64,000 nucleotides of DNA from Longimicrobiales bacterium (GCA_965116905.1 OZ220732.1:1376001-1440000); one strand, 5' to 3'; counted from the stretch's first letter, positions 1 to 9,912 are shown. Made by a program: numbers and translations. Notes: generated from the letters alone by a model not told the origin.

Positions 1-1
1 T

Positions 2-391
2 GGTGTCGGCGCGGTGTGCCGCATGCCCCTGGGCACGGTGCGCACACAGCCGGAGACCCGGGAGCTCCTGCGGCGGGCGATGGAAGAGATCGTAGCGGTG
101 GCGACCGCCCACGGCGTCTCATTGTCCCACGAAGCGGTCACGTTCGCGATGAAGACCGTGGACGGCTTCCCCGCCGAGGGGACCTCGTCGCTGCAGCGGG
201 ACATCGTGGCCGGGGTACCGTCCGAACTGGACGCGTGGAGCGGTGCGGCGGCGCGGCTGGGTGCCGAAGCGGGCGTGCCCACCCCCGTCCATTCGTTCAT
301 CCACTCGGTCCTGCTGCCCGCCGAACTGGAGGCGCGGCGTGCGGCCGAAACCGGTACATTCGTGGAAACGGATCGCGGGTCGCGCACGTAG
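2..391 (+). CDS. panE: 2-dehydropantoate 2-reductase (ketopantoate reductase), C-terminal part; 5' end outside window
   Basis: SSLQRDIVAGVPSELDAWSGAAARLGAEAGVPTPVH matches the ApbA/PanE C-terminal motif (SSxxxD...ExxxxxGxxxxxg...gvptP). Confidence 0.85.
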   Translation, partial: GVGAVCRMPLGTVRTQPETRELLRRAMEEIVAVATAHGVSLSHEAVTFAMKTVDGFPAEGTSSLQRDIVAGVPSELDAWSGAAARLGAEAGVPTPVHSFIHSVLLPAELEARRAAETGTFVETDRGSRT

Positions 392-489
392 AAGAGGCAC
401 GTGGAAGTGGCACGCAGAAGAGGCGAGCGTCCGACCGGGGGACGGGAGGCCTCGCAAACAGTGGACTGGACGAGCGAACAATCGTGTTG

Positions 490-1254
490 ATGACGCCCTG
501 GGTACAGCGGCTCCTCATGGCGAACGTCGTCATGTATCTGGTGACGCGGCTCGCTCCGGGCCTCGTTCAGGGCCTTGCACTGGTTCCCGCCTTTATTCCG
601 TACCAGCCGTGGACTCTCGTCACGTACATGTTCCTCCACGGCGGCTTCACGCACATCCTGTTCAACATGCTGATGCTGTTCTTTTTCGGCCCGCGGCTGG
701 AGGAGCGCCTCGGCAGCCGGACGTTCATCTGGTTCTACCTGGCGTGCGGCGTGGGCGGGGCGCTTCTCTCCTTCATGACGCCATTTTCGGCGATCGTGGG
801 GGCTTCGGGAGCGATCTACGGGGTGGTCATCGGTTTCGCGCGGTACTGGCCGCGCGAGGACATCTACATCTGGGGCATTCTGCCGATCCAGGCCCGCATG
901 CTGGCGATCTTCATGGTGGCCCTGAGCCTTTTCGCGGGGTTCACTGGGGCCCAGGACGGGATTGCCCACTTCGCTCACCTCGGGGGACTTCTGGCCGGCT
1001 GGGTGTTCCTCAGGAGCTGGGAAAAGCGTCGCAAGCAGCGGGTGGTCCGGCGTTCGCCGACACGCTCGAGGATGTCGGGGATTCGCGACACGGACGCAAT
1101 TCAGAGCTGGGAGGCGATCCCGCGGGAGAAGCTGCACGAGATCAACCGCGAAGAGGTGGACTACCTGCTGGCCAAGGTCCGGAAGATGGGCGTCGGTTCG
1201 CTGACCACGGAGCAGCGGGCGTTTCTGGACCGGATGGCCAAACCCCGATTGTGA
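490..1254 (+). CDS. Rhomboid family intramembrane serine protease with soluble C-terminal tail (DUF6576-like)
   Basis: PWTLVTYMFLHGGFTHILFNM, catalytic GASG, AHFAHLGG; start taken at ATG 490 (MTPWVQRLL) rather than the ORF-track start at 16. Confidence 0.9.
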   Translation: MTPWVQRLLMANVVMYLVTRLAPGLVQGLALVPAFIPYQPWTLVTYMFLHGGFTHILFNMLMLFFFGPRLEERLGSRTFIWFYLACGVGGALLSFMTPFSAIVGASGAIYGVVIGFARYWPREDIYIWGILPIQARMLAIFMVALSLFAGFTGAQDGIAHFAHLGGLLAGWVFLRSWEKRRKQRVVRRSPTRSRMSGIRDTDAIQSWEAIPREKLHEINREEVDYLLAKVRKMGVGSLTTEQRAFLDRMAKPRL

Positions 1255-1267
1255 GTCGGCCGGTACG

Positions 1268-1729
1268 TCAGCCCGTACCGCTGGACTCGCGCTTCGGGAT
1301 GATCTTCCCGGTCTCGCGGTCGTAGTCGACGATGTTCTCCCATTCCGAGGCATCGGAGCGCGCGACCACGGCCACGACGTCCTCCGTGTCGCTGACGTTG
1401 ACGACCTCGTGGGGGACCCCCGGCTCGATGAAGATGAAGTCGCCGGCGTGGTTCACGATCGATTCCCCGAGATGGGGCCCGAAGTCATGGCGCACGGTGC
1501 CCTCGAGGATGTAGAGCATGACCTCGAAGTCGACGTGGATGTGGGCGAATGCCACGCCGCGGGGCGGGATCCGGGCCACGTTCATGGAAAGCTCTCGGGC
1601 GGGGACGTTCTTTGCCGAGAGGCCCGTCTTGTAGTGGATCCCGTTCCAGCCCCGGTGAATCCCGCTGGCGCGGATGGTGTGGATGCCGTCGCGGCCGTCT
1701 GGCGTGCCGGGCCGGTCGTCCGCGCTCAC
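1268..1729 (-). CDS. Cupin domain protein
   Basis: AHIHVDFEVMLYILEG and GDFIFIEPGVPHEVVN cupin motifs; 4-bp overlap with the HAD stop. Confidence 0.85.
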   Translation of the reverse strand: MSADDRPGTPDGRDGIHTIRASGIHRGWNGIHYKTGLSAKNVPARELSMNVARIPPRGVAFAHIHVDFEVMLYILEGTVRHDFGPHLGESIVNHAGDFIFIEPGVPHEVVNVSDTEDVVAVVARSDASEWENIVDYDRETGKIIPKRESSGTG

Positions 1730-2466
1730 GAGTCCTCCAGCAACAGCCTGGCCAGCCCGGCCATGTCCGGGACCTCGGCGTCGGGCCGGGCCGGGGAGAC
1801 CGGTGTTGCACCCGTCGCTCCGCCGCGGCTCTTCCGGTTCACGTGCACGGTGGCGTAGCCGAGCGCGGAGGCCGGCGCGATGTCATGGAAGAGGCTCTGC
1901 GCGACGTGCAGGGTGCGCTCCCGCGCGATCCCCGAACGGGCGGCCATTTCCTCGAAGTGCGTCGGGGCGGGTTTGTAGCTGCCCACCTGCTGCGCCGTGA
2001 CGACCCAGTCGAAGTCGATGTCGAGCCGCTTCCGGGTCTCGGCGAAAAGGTCGTCGTCGACGTTGGAGACGATCCCGAGCCGGAAGCGCGCGCCCAGGCG
2101 GCGAAGCGCGTTCACGGTGTCCGGGAAGGGCGGCCAGTCGCCCACTGACGCCGCAAAGGCGTCGCACTCCGCCGCCGTGGGGCCAAAGCCGAGCGCGGAG
2201 CCCATCCGGCGCAGGGTCAGTGCGAGCACCTCGCGATAGCTGCGGTACCGCTCCCCCTGGACCACGTGCTCGGCGTCGCCGAACGCCTTGAGGATGGTTG
2301 CGGCATCGGCGGAGCGCCCTTGCGCGGCGCAGACCGTCCGCACGCCCTCGATGATCCCCGTCTCCCAATCCACCAGCGTGCCGTAGCAGTCGAAGGTGAG
2401 GAGATCGAAACGGTCGGGGTCGAGCCGGTCGGGGTCGAGCCGGTCGGGGTCGAGCCGGTCGGTCAT
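1726..2466 (-). CDS. HAD-superfamily hydrolase (haloacid dehalogenase type II-like)
   Basis: LTFDCYGTLVDW motif I, SNVD, YKP, HVAQSLFHDIAPA. Confidence 0.9.
   Translation of the reverse strand: MTDRLDPDRLDPDRLDPDRFDLLTFDCYGTLVDWETGIIEGVRTVCAAQGRSADAATILKAFGDAEHVVQGERYRSYREVLALTLRRMGSALGFGPTAAECDAFAASVGDWPPFPDTVNALRRLGARFRLGIVSNVDDDLFAETRKRLDIDFDWVVTAQQVGSYKPAPTHFEEMAARSGIARERTLHVAQSLFHDIAPASALGYATVHVNRKSRGGATGATPVSPARPDAEVPDMAGLARLLLEDS
2411..2462. repeat. 15-bp perfect tandem repeat x3 plus partial (CGGTCGGGGTCGAGC), encoding LDPDR repeats at the HAD N-terminus
   Basis: Units at 2411, 2426, 2441, partial at 2456. Confidence 0.9.
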
Positions 2467-2481
2467 GTGCGAGTCCCGCGT

Positions 2482-2988
2482 CTACATCTCGTCGAAATCG
2501 GCCGTTGGTCCGAACAACTGCGGAACCGGGATGTCGAGCAGCCGAAGATAGACGCCGAGTTGGGCCCGGTGGTGGATCATGTGGTCCAGGATGAAGGTCC
2601 GCAGGACGACCTTCTTCGGAAGGGTAAAGCGGGCTTCACCGGCGACCAGCATCGTCCAGGGGCTGTCCAGGTCCTCTTCGGAAGAGCCCTCGATCGCGCT
2701 GCGAGCCGCCGCGGCACTGTTGTTCAGCGCGTCGACCAGTTCGGCGCTCGAGCCGAGTGGGGCCATGGGGGGCGGCCCGCCCTCGGCGGGCGCGATGTCG
2801 AACTCGGACATGGACAGGGTGGCGATCGTCCAGTTGGGAAGGTTGGAGATGTGGGTCGCGAGTTCGCCCAGCGTCCACGACCTGTCGTGGGGGCGCCAGT
2901 CCAGACGATCGTCGGGCACGGCCTCCAGCAAGGTCCTGGCCCCGGCGATGATCTGGTCGAACGCGGCGAGCTGACCTCGTACGGACAT
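2482..2988 (-). CDS. DinB/YfiT-like metal-dependent protein
   Basis: LDWRPHDRSWTLGELATHI and DHMIHHRAQLGVYLRLLDIPVP; AAGGA upstream of ATG 2988. Confidence 0.85.
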   Translation of the reverse strand: MSVRGQLAAFDQIIAGARTLLEAVPDDRLDWRPHDRSWTLGELATHISNLPNWTIATLSMSEFDIAPAEGGPPPMAPLGSSAELVDALNNSAAAARSAIEGSSEEDLDSPWTMLVAGEARFTLPKKVVLRTFILDHMIHHRAQLGVYLRLLDIPVPQLFGPTADFDEM

Positions 2989-3084
2989 GTGTCGTCCTTT
3001 CAATGAACGTTTTGGGGGCGAAAGGTAGAGAAAGGCGGCGGGCGAAGGAATAGCCGGGGCGGATCAGGCCAGGCGACCGTCCCG

Positions 3085-4425
3085 CTACCCTGGTCTCACC
3101 CGGCGGAAGAGCCGGTCGGCGAGGACCGCGGCGGCCGGGGCGCCAACCGTCGCCATGATGATCCCGAGGCCGCGCGAACCGGTGAACCCGTCTTCCTCGG
3201 TCGTCAGGGCGAGGACGACGCCGGGTGCGGAGAGTATCGCGCTGGCCACCGCGTTCCTCCACATGCTCCCGCGCGACAGGTCCGTGCCGCCGACGCGCGC
3301 GACGACGAATCCCACCCCGGCCTGGGGAGCGCCGTACAGAGCAAGGCGCGAGCCGGCGTTGACGAGAAACCCGCATTCGGCCTCGTAGAAGTGTTGGGCG
3401 AGGGACTCGAAGTTCAGGCAGCGATTCGACAGCGCATAGCCCGCCAGGAGGCCGAGAGCATTGGCTGCGCTCGCGGCCGCCAGCGCCTTGCCCCACGGAT
3501 ACGGCCTGGATTCCAGCGCCCAGTTGTACAGCCCCGTGGGCGCGGCCCGCGTGCCGTCTGCCACAGCCATGCCGGAGCGGGTCTCGATGAGGATCACGCC
3601 GGCGTTCGAGTCGGCTCCGTACCGCACCCCGGCTTCTCCCGGCGGCACGGCCTCGACGCTCTGGATCTCGTTGATCGGAAGCGTGTTGAGGGTCACCAGC
3701 CCGTTGGACTGACGGACGTTGTCGACGATGACGATCGGTGTAAGGCAGCCGGGCTGGGCAAAGCTGGTGACGCCCCGAAACTCGAGGCACACGAGTTCAC
3801 CCGGCTGGCTGCGTCCGCTGCGGACCCGCACGCCCGGCAACAGTTGCGCGAGGGCGTTGGCGAGGTGGTTGCCGGTGCTGGCGATCGGTGCCAGCTGCTC
3901 CGACGTGACCCGTCGGCGGGCCGTACCGAGCGCGCGCGTGCCGCGCCGATCCCGGGACGCGACCTCGACCACAACCGGATCGAGCGAAATCGCGGTGGGC
4001 GACAGCGTCACCCGCAGCGCGAGCCGCTCCCCCGGCGCCACCGTCACCTCCTCCCTGAACGTCCCGTACGCGATGTGCGTCACCGTGAGCGCGTATGCGC
4101 CGGGAGCGGCTCGCTCGAACTGGAACAATCCCACGCCGTCGGTGACCTGTTCGGCCCGGGCCGAATCCGCCGCCTCCTCGCGGAGAGGCACCAGCACGAG
4201 CTCCGCGCCCTCCACGCCGGCGCCCGTGTCGCGGTCGAGCACGCGGCCGGAGATGCGGGGCGGCTCCTCCTGCGCGGCGAGCGCGCCCACGCCCCCATGC
4301 GGCGTCCCGCCGATCCCACACAGCCAGATAAGCGTCCCATACACGCATATCGCGCGCCCACGGGATATCGCCCCCCCACGGGATATCGCCCGCCCACGGG
4401 ACCATCCCGCGCCCCCGCCTACCAC
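3085..4425 (-). CDS. Exported carboxypeptidase-regulatory-like + TonB-receptor plug domain protein with C-terminal hydrophobic helices (no beta-barrel)
   Basis: ISGRVLDRDTGAGVEGA...TDGVGLFQF...HIAYG, then plug-like PIVIVDNV...IQSVEAVPPGEAGVRYGADSNAGVILIETR; start uncertain (GTG 4425 overlapping the upstream stop). Confidence 0.7.
   Translation of the reverse strand: MVGGGAGWSRGRAISRGGAISRGRAICVYGTLIWLCGIGGTPHGGVGALAAQEEPPRISGRVLDRDTGAGVEGAELVLVPLREEAADSARAEQVTDGVGLFQFERAAPGAYALTVTHIAYGTFREEVTVAPGERLALRVTLSPTAISLDPVVVEVASRDRRGTRALGTARRRVTSEQLAPIASTGNHLANALAQLLPGVRVRSGRSQPGELVCLEFRGVTSFAQPGCLTPIVIVDNVRQSNGLVTLNTLPINEIQSVEAVPPGEAGVRYGADSNAGVILIETRSGMAVADGTRAAPTGLYNWALESRPYPWGKALAAASAANALGLLAGYALSNRCLNFESLAQHFYEAECGFLVNAGSRLALYGAPQAGVGFVVARVGGTDLSRGSMWRNAVASAILSAPGVVLALTTEEDGFTGSRGLGIIMATVGAPAAAVLADRLFRRVRPG
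4347..4400. repeat. 18-bp imperfect tandem repeat x3 (ATATCGCSCSCCCACGGG) in the signal region of the plug protein
   Basis: Units at 4347, 4365, 4383; encodes RGRAIS/RGGAIS/RGRAI. Confidence 0.8.
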
Positions 4426-7400
4426 TCGATGCGCCAGATCTGCCCCCCTTCTCCCGCGGCCCAGCCCACCCGGCCGCCCGGCGCAAACTCGACCGCCCAC
4501 GCACTCACGCCGTCGAGCGGCTGCCAGGTGACGCCCATGTCGGCGGTGAAGGCGGCGCCGGGCGGGGCCACCGCGACGATGTTCCGGTAGGGGCCCCAGC
4601 GACCGACCGCACTCCCGTACACGGCTCCGGCGATCGGCACGGGGCTGGCGGCAGTCCAGCTGCGGCCCCCGTCCCTGGTGACCGCCGCGTTCGCCTCGAC
4701 CACCTCGCCGCGCGCGCCCAGATCGCCGCCCAGCGCCATGACCGGCGACCCGTCCGCCATGGCCAGCGTGAAGATCCCGGCCGCATCGCCCGTCGCCATC
4801 GGCACGGCGACCTCGCTCCAGGTCGCGCCGTAGTCGTCCGTGGCCAGGATCCGGGCCGAGCCGCTCGCGCCCGTCCCGATCCACCCCCGTCCCGAATCGC
4901 CCGCGCGGGCGCACGTGCCGCTGGCCGCGAAGCCGCCCTCGCCCTCGTTGGCCGCCGGGGCGGCATCGGCGGGAACGCGCGCCCAGCTCCGTCCGCCGTC
5001 CTCGGTGAGGAGGATGTACGGGACGCCGTCGAAGGAGTCGCCGTACGCGAAGCCGCGCTCGCCGTCCCAGAAGTCGAGGCAGTCGAGGAAGCCCTCGGGT
5101 GCGTCCATCAGGAAGCGGAGCGTCCACGTCTCGCCGCTGTCGGCAGTGCGGTAGATGCGCGACGCCGGTCCCGTGCCCGCGGTCAGCGCAATGGCTGCGC
5201 GGGACGAGAATCCGTGGATGTCGCGGAACTGGAGCGAATCGCCCGCCGGCGCGGCGACCCGCTGCCACGCCTCGCCCCCGTCGACCGTGCGCAGGATCGC
5301 CCCGCCGTGCCCGCTCGCCCACACGGTTTCGGCCGAGACCGGGCTGATCGCCTGCAGGACCTCGGTCGTGCCGCTGGACTGCCCGGTGACGGTGGGGGCG
5401 GGTGTGCCGGGGTTGCGCGCCGTGCCGGGGTCGCCGCCCGCTCGACCCGCGTCGTCTTCCGCCTCCGCCCCCCGCCGCCGGTACACCTCGCGCGCCTCCT
5501 CGAACTGCCTGAAGACATGCTCCTCTTCCCGCTCCGAACGCCACCCCGGCCACAACTCCGCCATCAGCTGCAGCTTGTCGATCCAGCGCAGCGCATAGTC
5601 CGCGGCGTCGGCGCTCCGGATCGGGCGGCCCGCGACCGTCACCCAGACGGGGTTGGTGAACGCCTGCGGATACGACGTGTCGAGCGGCCAGCGGTCCTCG
5701 GGGGCGCCCTCGACGCGCAGGTGGATCCAGCCGCTCGCTCCCATGGACAGGGTGTCGTCGATGTCGAGAGACTTCCTGTCGCCCGTGAGTTCCCAGGTGC
5801 GGACCACGTCGCCGTCGACGACCAACTCGACCCTTTCCATCGGCACCACGCTCCACACCCGGCCACGCACCTGCACCTCGCCGGGTCGGTCAAGGTCAAC
5901 CTCTTCCCCCGGCCCTCTGCCATCGACCGTGAAAGCGATCAGGGGGCCGGAGCTGACGAACGAGTTGCCGTCGCGAATCCCCTGGAACCACCCGTCCATG
6001 GTGAGTTCACCGTCCGGGGTGCGCACGTACGTCCGCATCGACCCCACCAGCGGCGTCGCGTGCAGGCTGGAGATCGAGTCTTCGCCCCCCACCACCGTCG
6101 CGCGAATGCCGCTGCTCCACACGGCGTAGACCGGGGGCCAGCCGTCCTGTGGGGTGGACCACTCGACGGCGTCTGCAGCCGCAAGCGCGGCGTCGACGAT
6201 GAAGCCCTTGGCACCGCCCAGGTTCCCCTCGAGCGGGTCGCCGTTGTAGAACGAGTGGACGTAGGCGGTCGTCGCCCCCTGGGCCTTGGCCTTCAGCATC
6301 ATGTCCGTGTTGCTCGGGTAGAGGCTCTCGATTCCGGTGCCTTCGTACCCCATCGCGTACGGCGCGATCAGGTGCTCCCGATGGCCGAACATGAAGACGT
6401 GTCCATAGAAGGGCGGGCGGTACTCCTGCCCGACGACGAGCAGGCGGTCCGGCTCCGAAAGGGGGTGCGGGCCCCCGCCCGGGATCCAGTACTGGTGATC
6501 GAGGATGCGGTTGTCCTTGTTGGCGACCTGCTCGGCGACGACGTCCTGGTCCTCCGCAGCGGACATCATCATCAGGTTGGCGAGGCTGTTGCGCAGGTTG
6601 CCGGCGTAGTTCATGTGGACGTGGGTGGAACCCGAGAACCAGCCCTCGTCGGAGAGGTCGGATATCTCCGTGAGCGTGACCTCCATCACGGTCGTTTCGC
6701 CGGGGCGGACGGTGGCGGTGTAGGTCACGGGGGCGGTTTCGAAGCCGCGCACCACGGTCATCTCGGCTTCGCCCGCCGGGAGGTCGACGGTGAACGACCC
6801 CGGATGATGGAAGATCCGGTCGCCTTCGCGGGCCACGCGGGCATAGGCGTCGGCGGGTGCATGGAACTTGCCGTCCGCAGCGGTCAGGTGGATCCGGCTG
6901 GCCAGCGGCTCGCCCTCTCGGTCGACGGTGGTCACGGCGAGGGTGCCCGTCGGCCGCGCCCAGTGCCGTTCGGTGATGTCGACGCGCCGCAGTCTGCCGC
7001 CGTTGGCCTCCAGCAGGTACAGCTGCGGGAGACCGGTCGGGTGTTGCGGCCCTCCCGCGGCGGCCGGCCCGCCTTCCGCGGCCGGCCCGTCCCCTGCGGT
7101 CGGTCCGTCCTCCGCGGTCGGCGCGTCCCCGGCAACCGGCCCGCCGCCGTTGGCCACGAAGGCGATCCACTCCGCGTCCGGCGACCAGCGCGGGTGGAAG
7201 GCGTCGTGGTCGAAGAAGGTCAGCTTGTACGGCTCGCCACCGGTCGTGGGCTGGACGTACAGGTTCTGGAACTGGTCCGCGGCGCCCGCGGTCGAGGAGT
7301 AGACGAAGCGCTGGCCGTCGTACGAAACGTGTGGCTGGGTGCGGTAGAGGGTCTGCTCGGCGAGGACGAGCTGGCGGTCCTCGATGCCGCCGGCCCGGGC

Positions 7401-8129
7401 GGGAACGCGGTAGACGTTGCCGCTGCCGAGTGCGACGTCGCGGTTGGAGACGATCAGCAGTTCCTCGCCGTTCGGCAGCCACGCGGGGGAGATGTGCATG
7501 TCCCAGGAGCCGAAGTACAGCCGGTCGCGGCCGAAGGAATTGTCGGACGTGACCGAGACTTCCGGCCCGGTCCAGCCGCCGTCGGCGAAGGGGCGGATGT
7601 AGACGTTGAAGTAGCCGCTCGGGGCGGTCGAGACGTAGGCGATCCGGCCGCCGTCCGGCGAGAAGCGGGGGTCGGTGTGGATGTGGGCGCCTTCGGTGAG
7701 ACGGTGGCGCTCGCCGGTGGCCGTGTTCATGACCTCGAGGTCGATCGTGCCGCCGCCGTCGTCCGCCGTGTAGAGCAGCCACGCGCCGTCGGGCGAGTAG
7801 TTGGGGGACGAATGGTAGTCGGGGCCGTACACGATCTCGTGGGCGTCGCCGGTCGCGATGTCGACCTCCCAGAGCGAGCCGCTCATCGCCACCGCGACGC
7901 GCTCGCCGCCGGGGTGCCACTCGGGGTACCAGGGCGATGAGGAGGGCGCCGGGGGGAAATGGAAGTTGTGCATGTAGTTGCCGCCGTGTGAGGCGGCGGG
8001 GTACGCGCGCTGCGCCGCGAGGGGGGCGGCGGCGAGGAGGAGGGCGGCGAGGGTGGCCAGGGTGGCCAGGGTGGCCAGGGTGGCGGCGGGAGTGCGCCGC
8101 CGCGCGACGAAGGAGCCGATTCGGGACAT
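4419..8129 (-). CDS. Secreted multidomain protein: TolB/PD40 beta-propeller + CehA/McbA-family PHP-like metallohydrolase + C-terminal YCF48/BNR-repeat propeller
   Basis: Signal peptide ending PLAAQ; repeated P-x-(W/F/Y)-S-P-D-G; WFSGSTHVHMNY, GQEYRPPFYGH, GGEDS, SFVSSGP; RTxDGG(E/R)xW Asp-box repeats at the C-terminus. Confidence 0.8.
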   Translation of the reverse strand: MSRIGSFVARRRTPAATLATLATLATLAALLLAAAPLAAQRAYPAASHGGNYMHNFHFPPAPSSSPWYPEWHPGGERVAVAMSGSLWEVDIATGDAHEIVYGPDYHSSPNYSPDGAWLLYTADDGGGTIDLEVMNTATGERHRLTEGAHIHTDPRFSPDGGRIAYVSTAPSGYFNVYIRPFADGGWTGPEVSVTSDNSFGRDRLYFGSWDMHISPAWLPNGEELLIVSNRDVALGSGNVYRVPARAGGIEDRQLVLAEQTLYRTQPHVSYDGQRFVYSSTAGAADQFQNLYVQPTTGGEPYKLTFFDHDAFHPRWSPDAEWIAFVANGGGPVAGDAPTAEDGPTAGDGPAAEGGPAAAGGPQHPTGLPQLYLLEANGGRLRRVDITERHWARPTGTLAVTTVDREGEPLASRIHLTAADGKFHAPADAYARVAREGDRIFHHPGSFTVDLPAGEAEMTVVRGFETAPVTYTATVRPGETTVMEVTLTEISDLSDEGWFSGSTHVHMNYAGNLRNSLANLMMMSAAEDQDVVAEQVANKDNRILDHQYWIPGGGPHPLSEPDRLLVVGQEYRPPFYGHVFMFGHREHLIAPYAMGYEGTGIESLYPSNTDMMLKAKAQGATTAYVHSFYNGDPLEGNLGGAKGFIVDAALAAADAVEWSTPQDGWPPVYAVWSSGIRATVVGGEDSISSLHATPLVGSMRTYVRTPDGELTMDGWFQGIRDGNSFVSSGPLIAFTVDGRGPGEEVDLDRPGEVQVRGRVWSVVPMERVELVVDGDVVRTWELTGDRKSLDIDDTLSMGASGWIHLRVEGAPEDRWPLDTSYPQAFTNPVWVTVAGRPIRSADAADYALRWIDKLQLMAELWPGWRSEREEEHVFRQFEEAREVYRRRGAEAEDDAGRAGGDPGTARNPGTPAPTVTGQSSGTTEVLQAISPVSAETVWASGHGGAILRTVDGGEAWQRVAAPAGDSLQFRDIHGFSSRAAIALTAGTGPASRIYRTADSGETWTLRFLMDAPEGFLDCLDFWDGERGFAYGDSFDGVPYILLTEDGGRSWARVPADAAPAANEGEGGFAASGTCARAGDSGRGWIGTGASGSARILATDDYGATWSEVAVPMATGDAAGIFTLAMADGSPVMALGGDLGARGEVVEANAAVTRDGGRSWTAASPVPIAGAVYGSAVGRWGPYRNIVAVAPPGAAFTADMGVTWQPLDGVSAWAVEFAPGGRVGWAAGEGGQIWRIEW

Positions 8130-8294
8130 GCTCGCATCCGGGCGGGGGGTGGTGCCGCGCCCGGGTGGGGTGGGCACGGGCGTGCAGGGATCGTACCGCG
8201 CGGAGGGGGGGTGGGCCAGTGACGGCCGGTTTGCCACCGGCGGCACGGGGTGGCTACATATCCCGGCGGAACATCCCGCAGGCTCGTTGTCGAA

Positions 8295-8333
8295 TGTCAA
8301 CTAAAGGTTACGTATTGTAATGTTTACTTTACA
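8295..8333. repeat. Dispersed 39-bp double-palindrome element, copy 1
   Basis: TGTCAA-CTAAAG-GTTACG-TAT-TGTAAT-GTTTAC-TTTACA; AT-rich island between divergent genes. Confidence 0.7.
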
Positions 8334-9912
8334 TTTGTGGTCGCTCTTCAAGCCCCATCATACGCTCGCGGCGCTCAGCCTGACCTTCGCGTTCGGCGGC
8401 AACCCGCTGGGGGGCCAGAGCTTCGAGCTCGAAGAGGCGACGATCGCCGAGGTCCACGCCGCCTTCCTCTCGGGCGACCTCACCTGTGTGGACCTCGTGC
8501 AGTCGTACCTGGACCGGATCGCCGCGTACGACAACCAGGGCCCGCGGCTCAACACGATCGCGACCCTGAACCCGCGCGCCCTCGACGAAGCGGCGCGGCT
8601 GGACGAGGCGCTCGCGGCCGGCGGGCTTACTGGGCCGCTGCACTGTATTCCGGTGCTGCTGAAGGACCAGGTCGAGACCAGCGACATGCCCACGACCTAC
8701 GGCTCCGCGCTCTTCGCGGAGTTTGTGCCGGAGCGGGACGCGACAATAGTCAAACGGGTCAGGGAGGCGGGCGCGATCATCCACGCCAAGACCAACATGG
8801 GCGAGTTCGCGTCGCGCTACGTGGGGTCGGGATTCGGCGTGATCCGCAACGCGTACGACCCGCGCCGCAACCCCAGCGGCTCGTCGGGCGGCACCAGCGT
8901 GGGCATCGCGGCCAACCTCGGCATGGTCGGGATCGGCGAGGACACGGGCGGCTCGATCCGCGGTCCGGCGGCGGTGGCGTCGTTGGTCGGTCTGCGGCCC
9001 ACCCTGGAGCTTGTGAGCCGCTTCGGCCTGATGCCCGCCAACCCCACGACCGACACGCAGGGCCCGATCACGCGCACGGTCATGGACGCGGCCATTCTGC
9101 TCGGCGTCATCGCGGGGTACGATCCGAACGATCCCGTGACCGCCCGTGCGGTGGGGCGTGTGCCGGAGGCGTATGAGAGCGGACTTGGCAGCGAGGGGTT
9201 GCAGGGCGCGCGCATCGGAGTCATCCGCGACGCCATGGACGAGTCGGTGGATCCGGGCTCTGAGGGGTTCCGGCAGGTGCGCTCCCGCGTCGACGCGGCG
9301 GTGGCCGATCTGCGGCGGCTCGGGGCCCAGGTCGTGGACCCGGTCACGATCGAGGGAATCGAGACGGTGAACCGGGTGTTCGGGAGCAACTCGTACGAGA
9401 CCGAGGAGGCGACCGACAACTACCTGTCCGAACATGCAAGCGCCCCGTACAAGACGCTGCGCTCGATTCTGCTCAGCGGGCGGGTGACGCCGTGGCGCGC
9501 GGCGGGTCTCGCGAACTCGCTGGGCAAGTCGACCGGCGACCCTGGGTACCTGGAGTACCTGCTCGGCCGCGACCGGATTCGGCAGAACGTGCTCGTGGCC
9601 ATGGCCGAACAAGACCTCGACGCTCTCGTCTACGCCACCTTCGACCACCAAGTGACGCTGATCGCCGAGGACGCCGAGACGAATCCCGCGCCAGCCGATC
9701 AGTACGGCCTGGGCGACAACCGGCTGTTGAGCCCGGTGACGGGGTTCCCGGCGCTGACGGTGCCTGCGGGGTTCACGCCGGACGGGCTACCCGTGGGGAT
9801 CGAGTTCCTGGGGCGCCCGTTCACCGAGGCGATGCTGCTGCGGTTCGGCTATGCGTTCGAACAGGGGACGGGGTATCGGCGACCGCCGGAGAGTGCGCCA
9901 CCGCTGGGTTAG
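8320..9912 (+). CDS. Amidase signature family protein (exported)
   Basis: GPLHCIPVLLKD (catalytic Lys), PSGSSGGT, GEDTGGSIRGPA (Ser-cisSer-Lys triad); true start uncertain because ATG 8320 lies inside the 39-bp element. Confidence 0.9.
   Translation: MFTLHLWSLFKPHHTLAALSLTFAFGGNPLGGQSFELEEATIAEVHAAFLSGDLTCVDLVQSYLDRIAAYDNQGPRLNTIATLNPRALDEAARLDEALAAGGLTGPLHCIPVLLKDQVETSDMPTTYGSALFAEFVPERDATIVKRVREAGAIIHAKTNMGEFASRYVGSGFGVIRNAYDPRRNPSGSSGGTSVGIAANLGMVGIGEDTGGSIRGPAAVASLVGLRPTLELVSRFGLMPANPTTDTQGPITRTVMDAAILLGVIAGYDPNDPVTARAVGRVPEAYESGLGSEGLQGARIGVIRDAMDESVDPGSEGFRQVRSRVDAAVADLRRLGAQVVDPVTIEGIETVNRVFGSNSYETEEATDNYLSEHASAPYKTLRSILLSGRVTPWRAAGLANSLGKSTGDPGYLEYLLGRDRIRQNVLVAMAEQDLDALVYATFDHQVTLIAEDAETNPAPADQYGLGDNRLLSPVTGFPALTVPAGFTPDGLPVGIEFLGRPFTEAMLLRFGYAFEQGTGYRRPPESAPPLG

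Noticed and set aside
4426..5856. N-terminal half of the 923-aa ORF 3085..5856
   Set aside because: Arg/Gly-rich off-frame read-through overlapping the real upstream gene; protein-like sequence begins near 4425.
5214..7940. 908-aa plus-strand ORF (and the 637-aa alternate-frame ORF 6007..7920)
   Set aside because: Antisense or alternate-frame shadows of the CehA/McbA gene, typical of high-GC DNA; no recognisable motifs.
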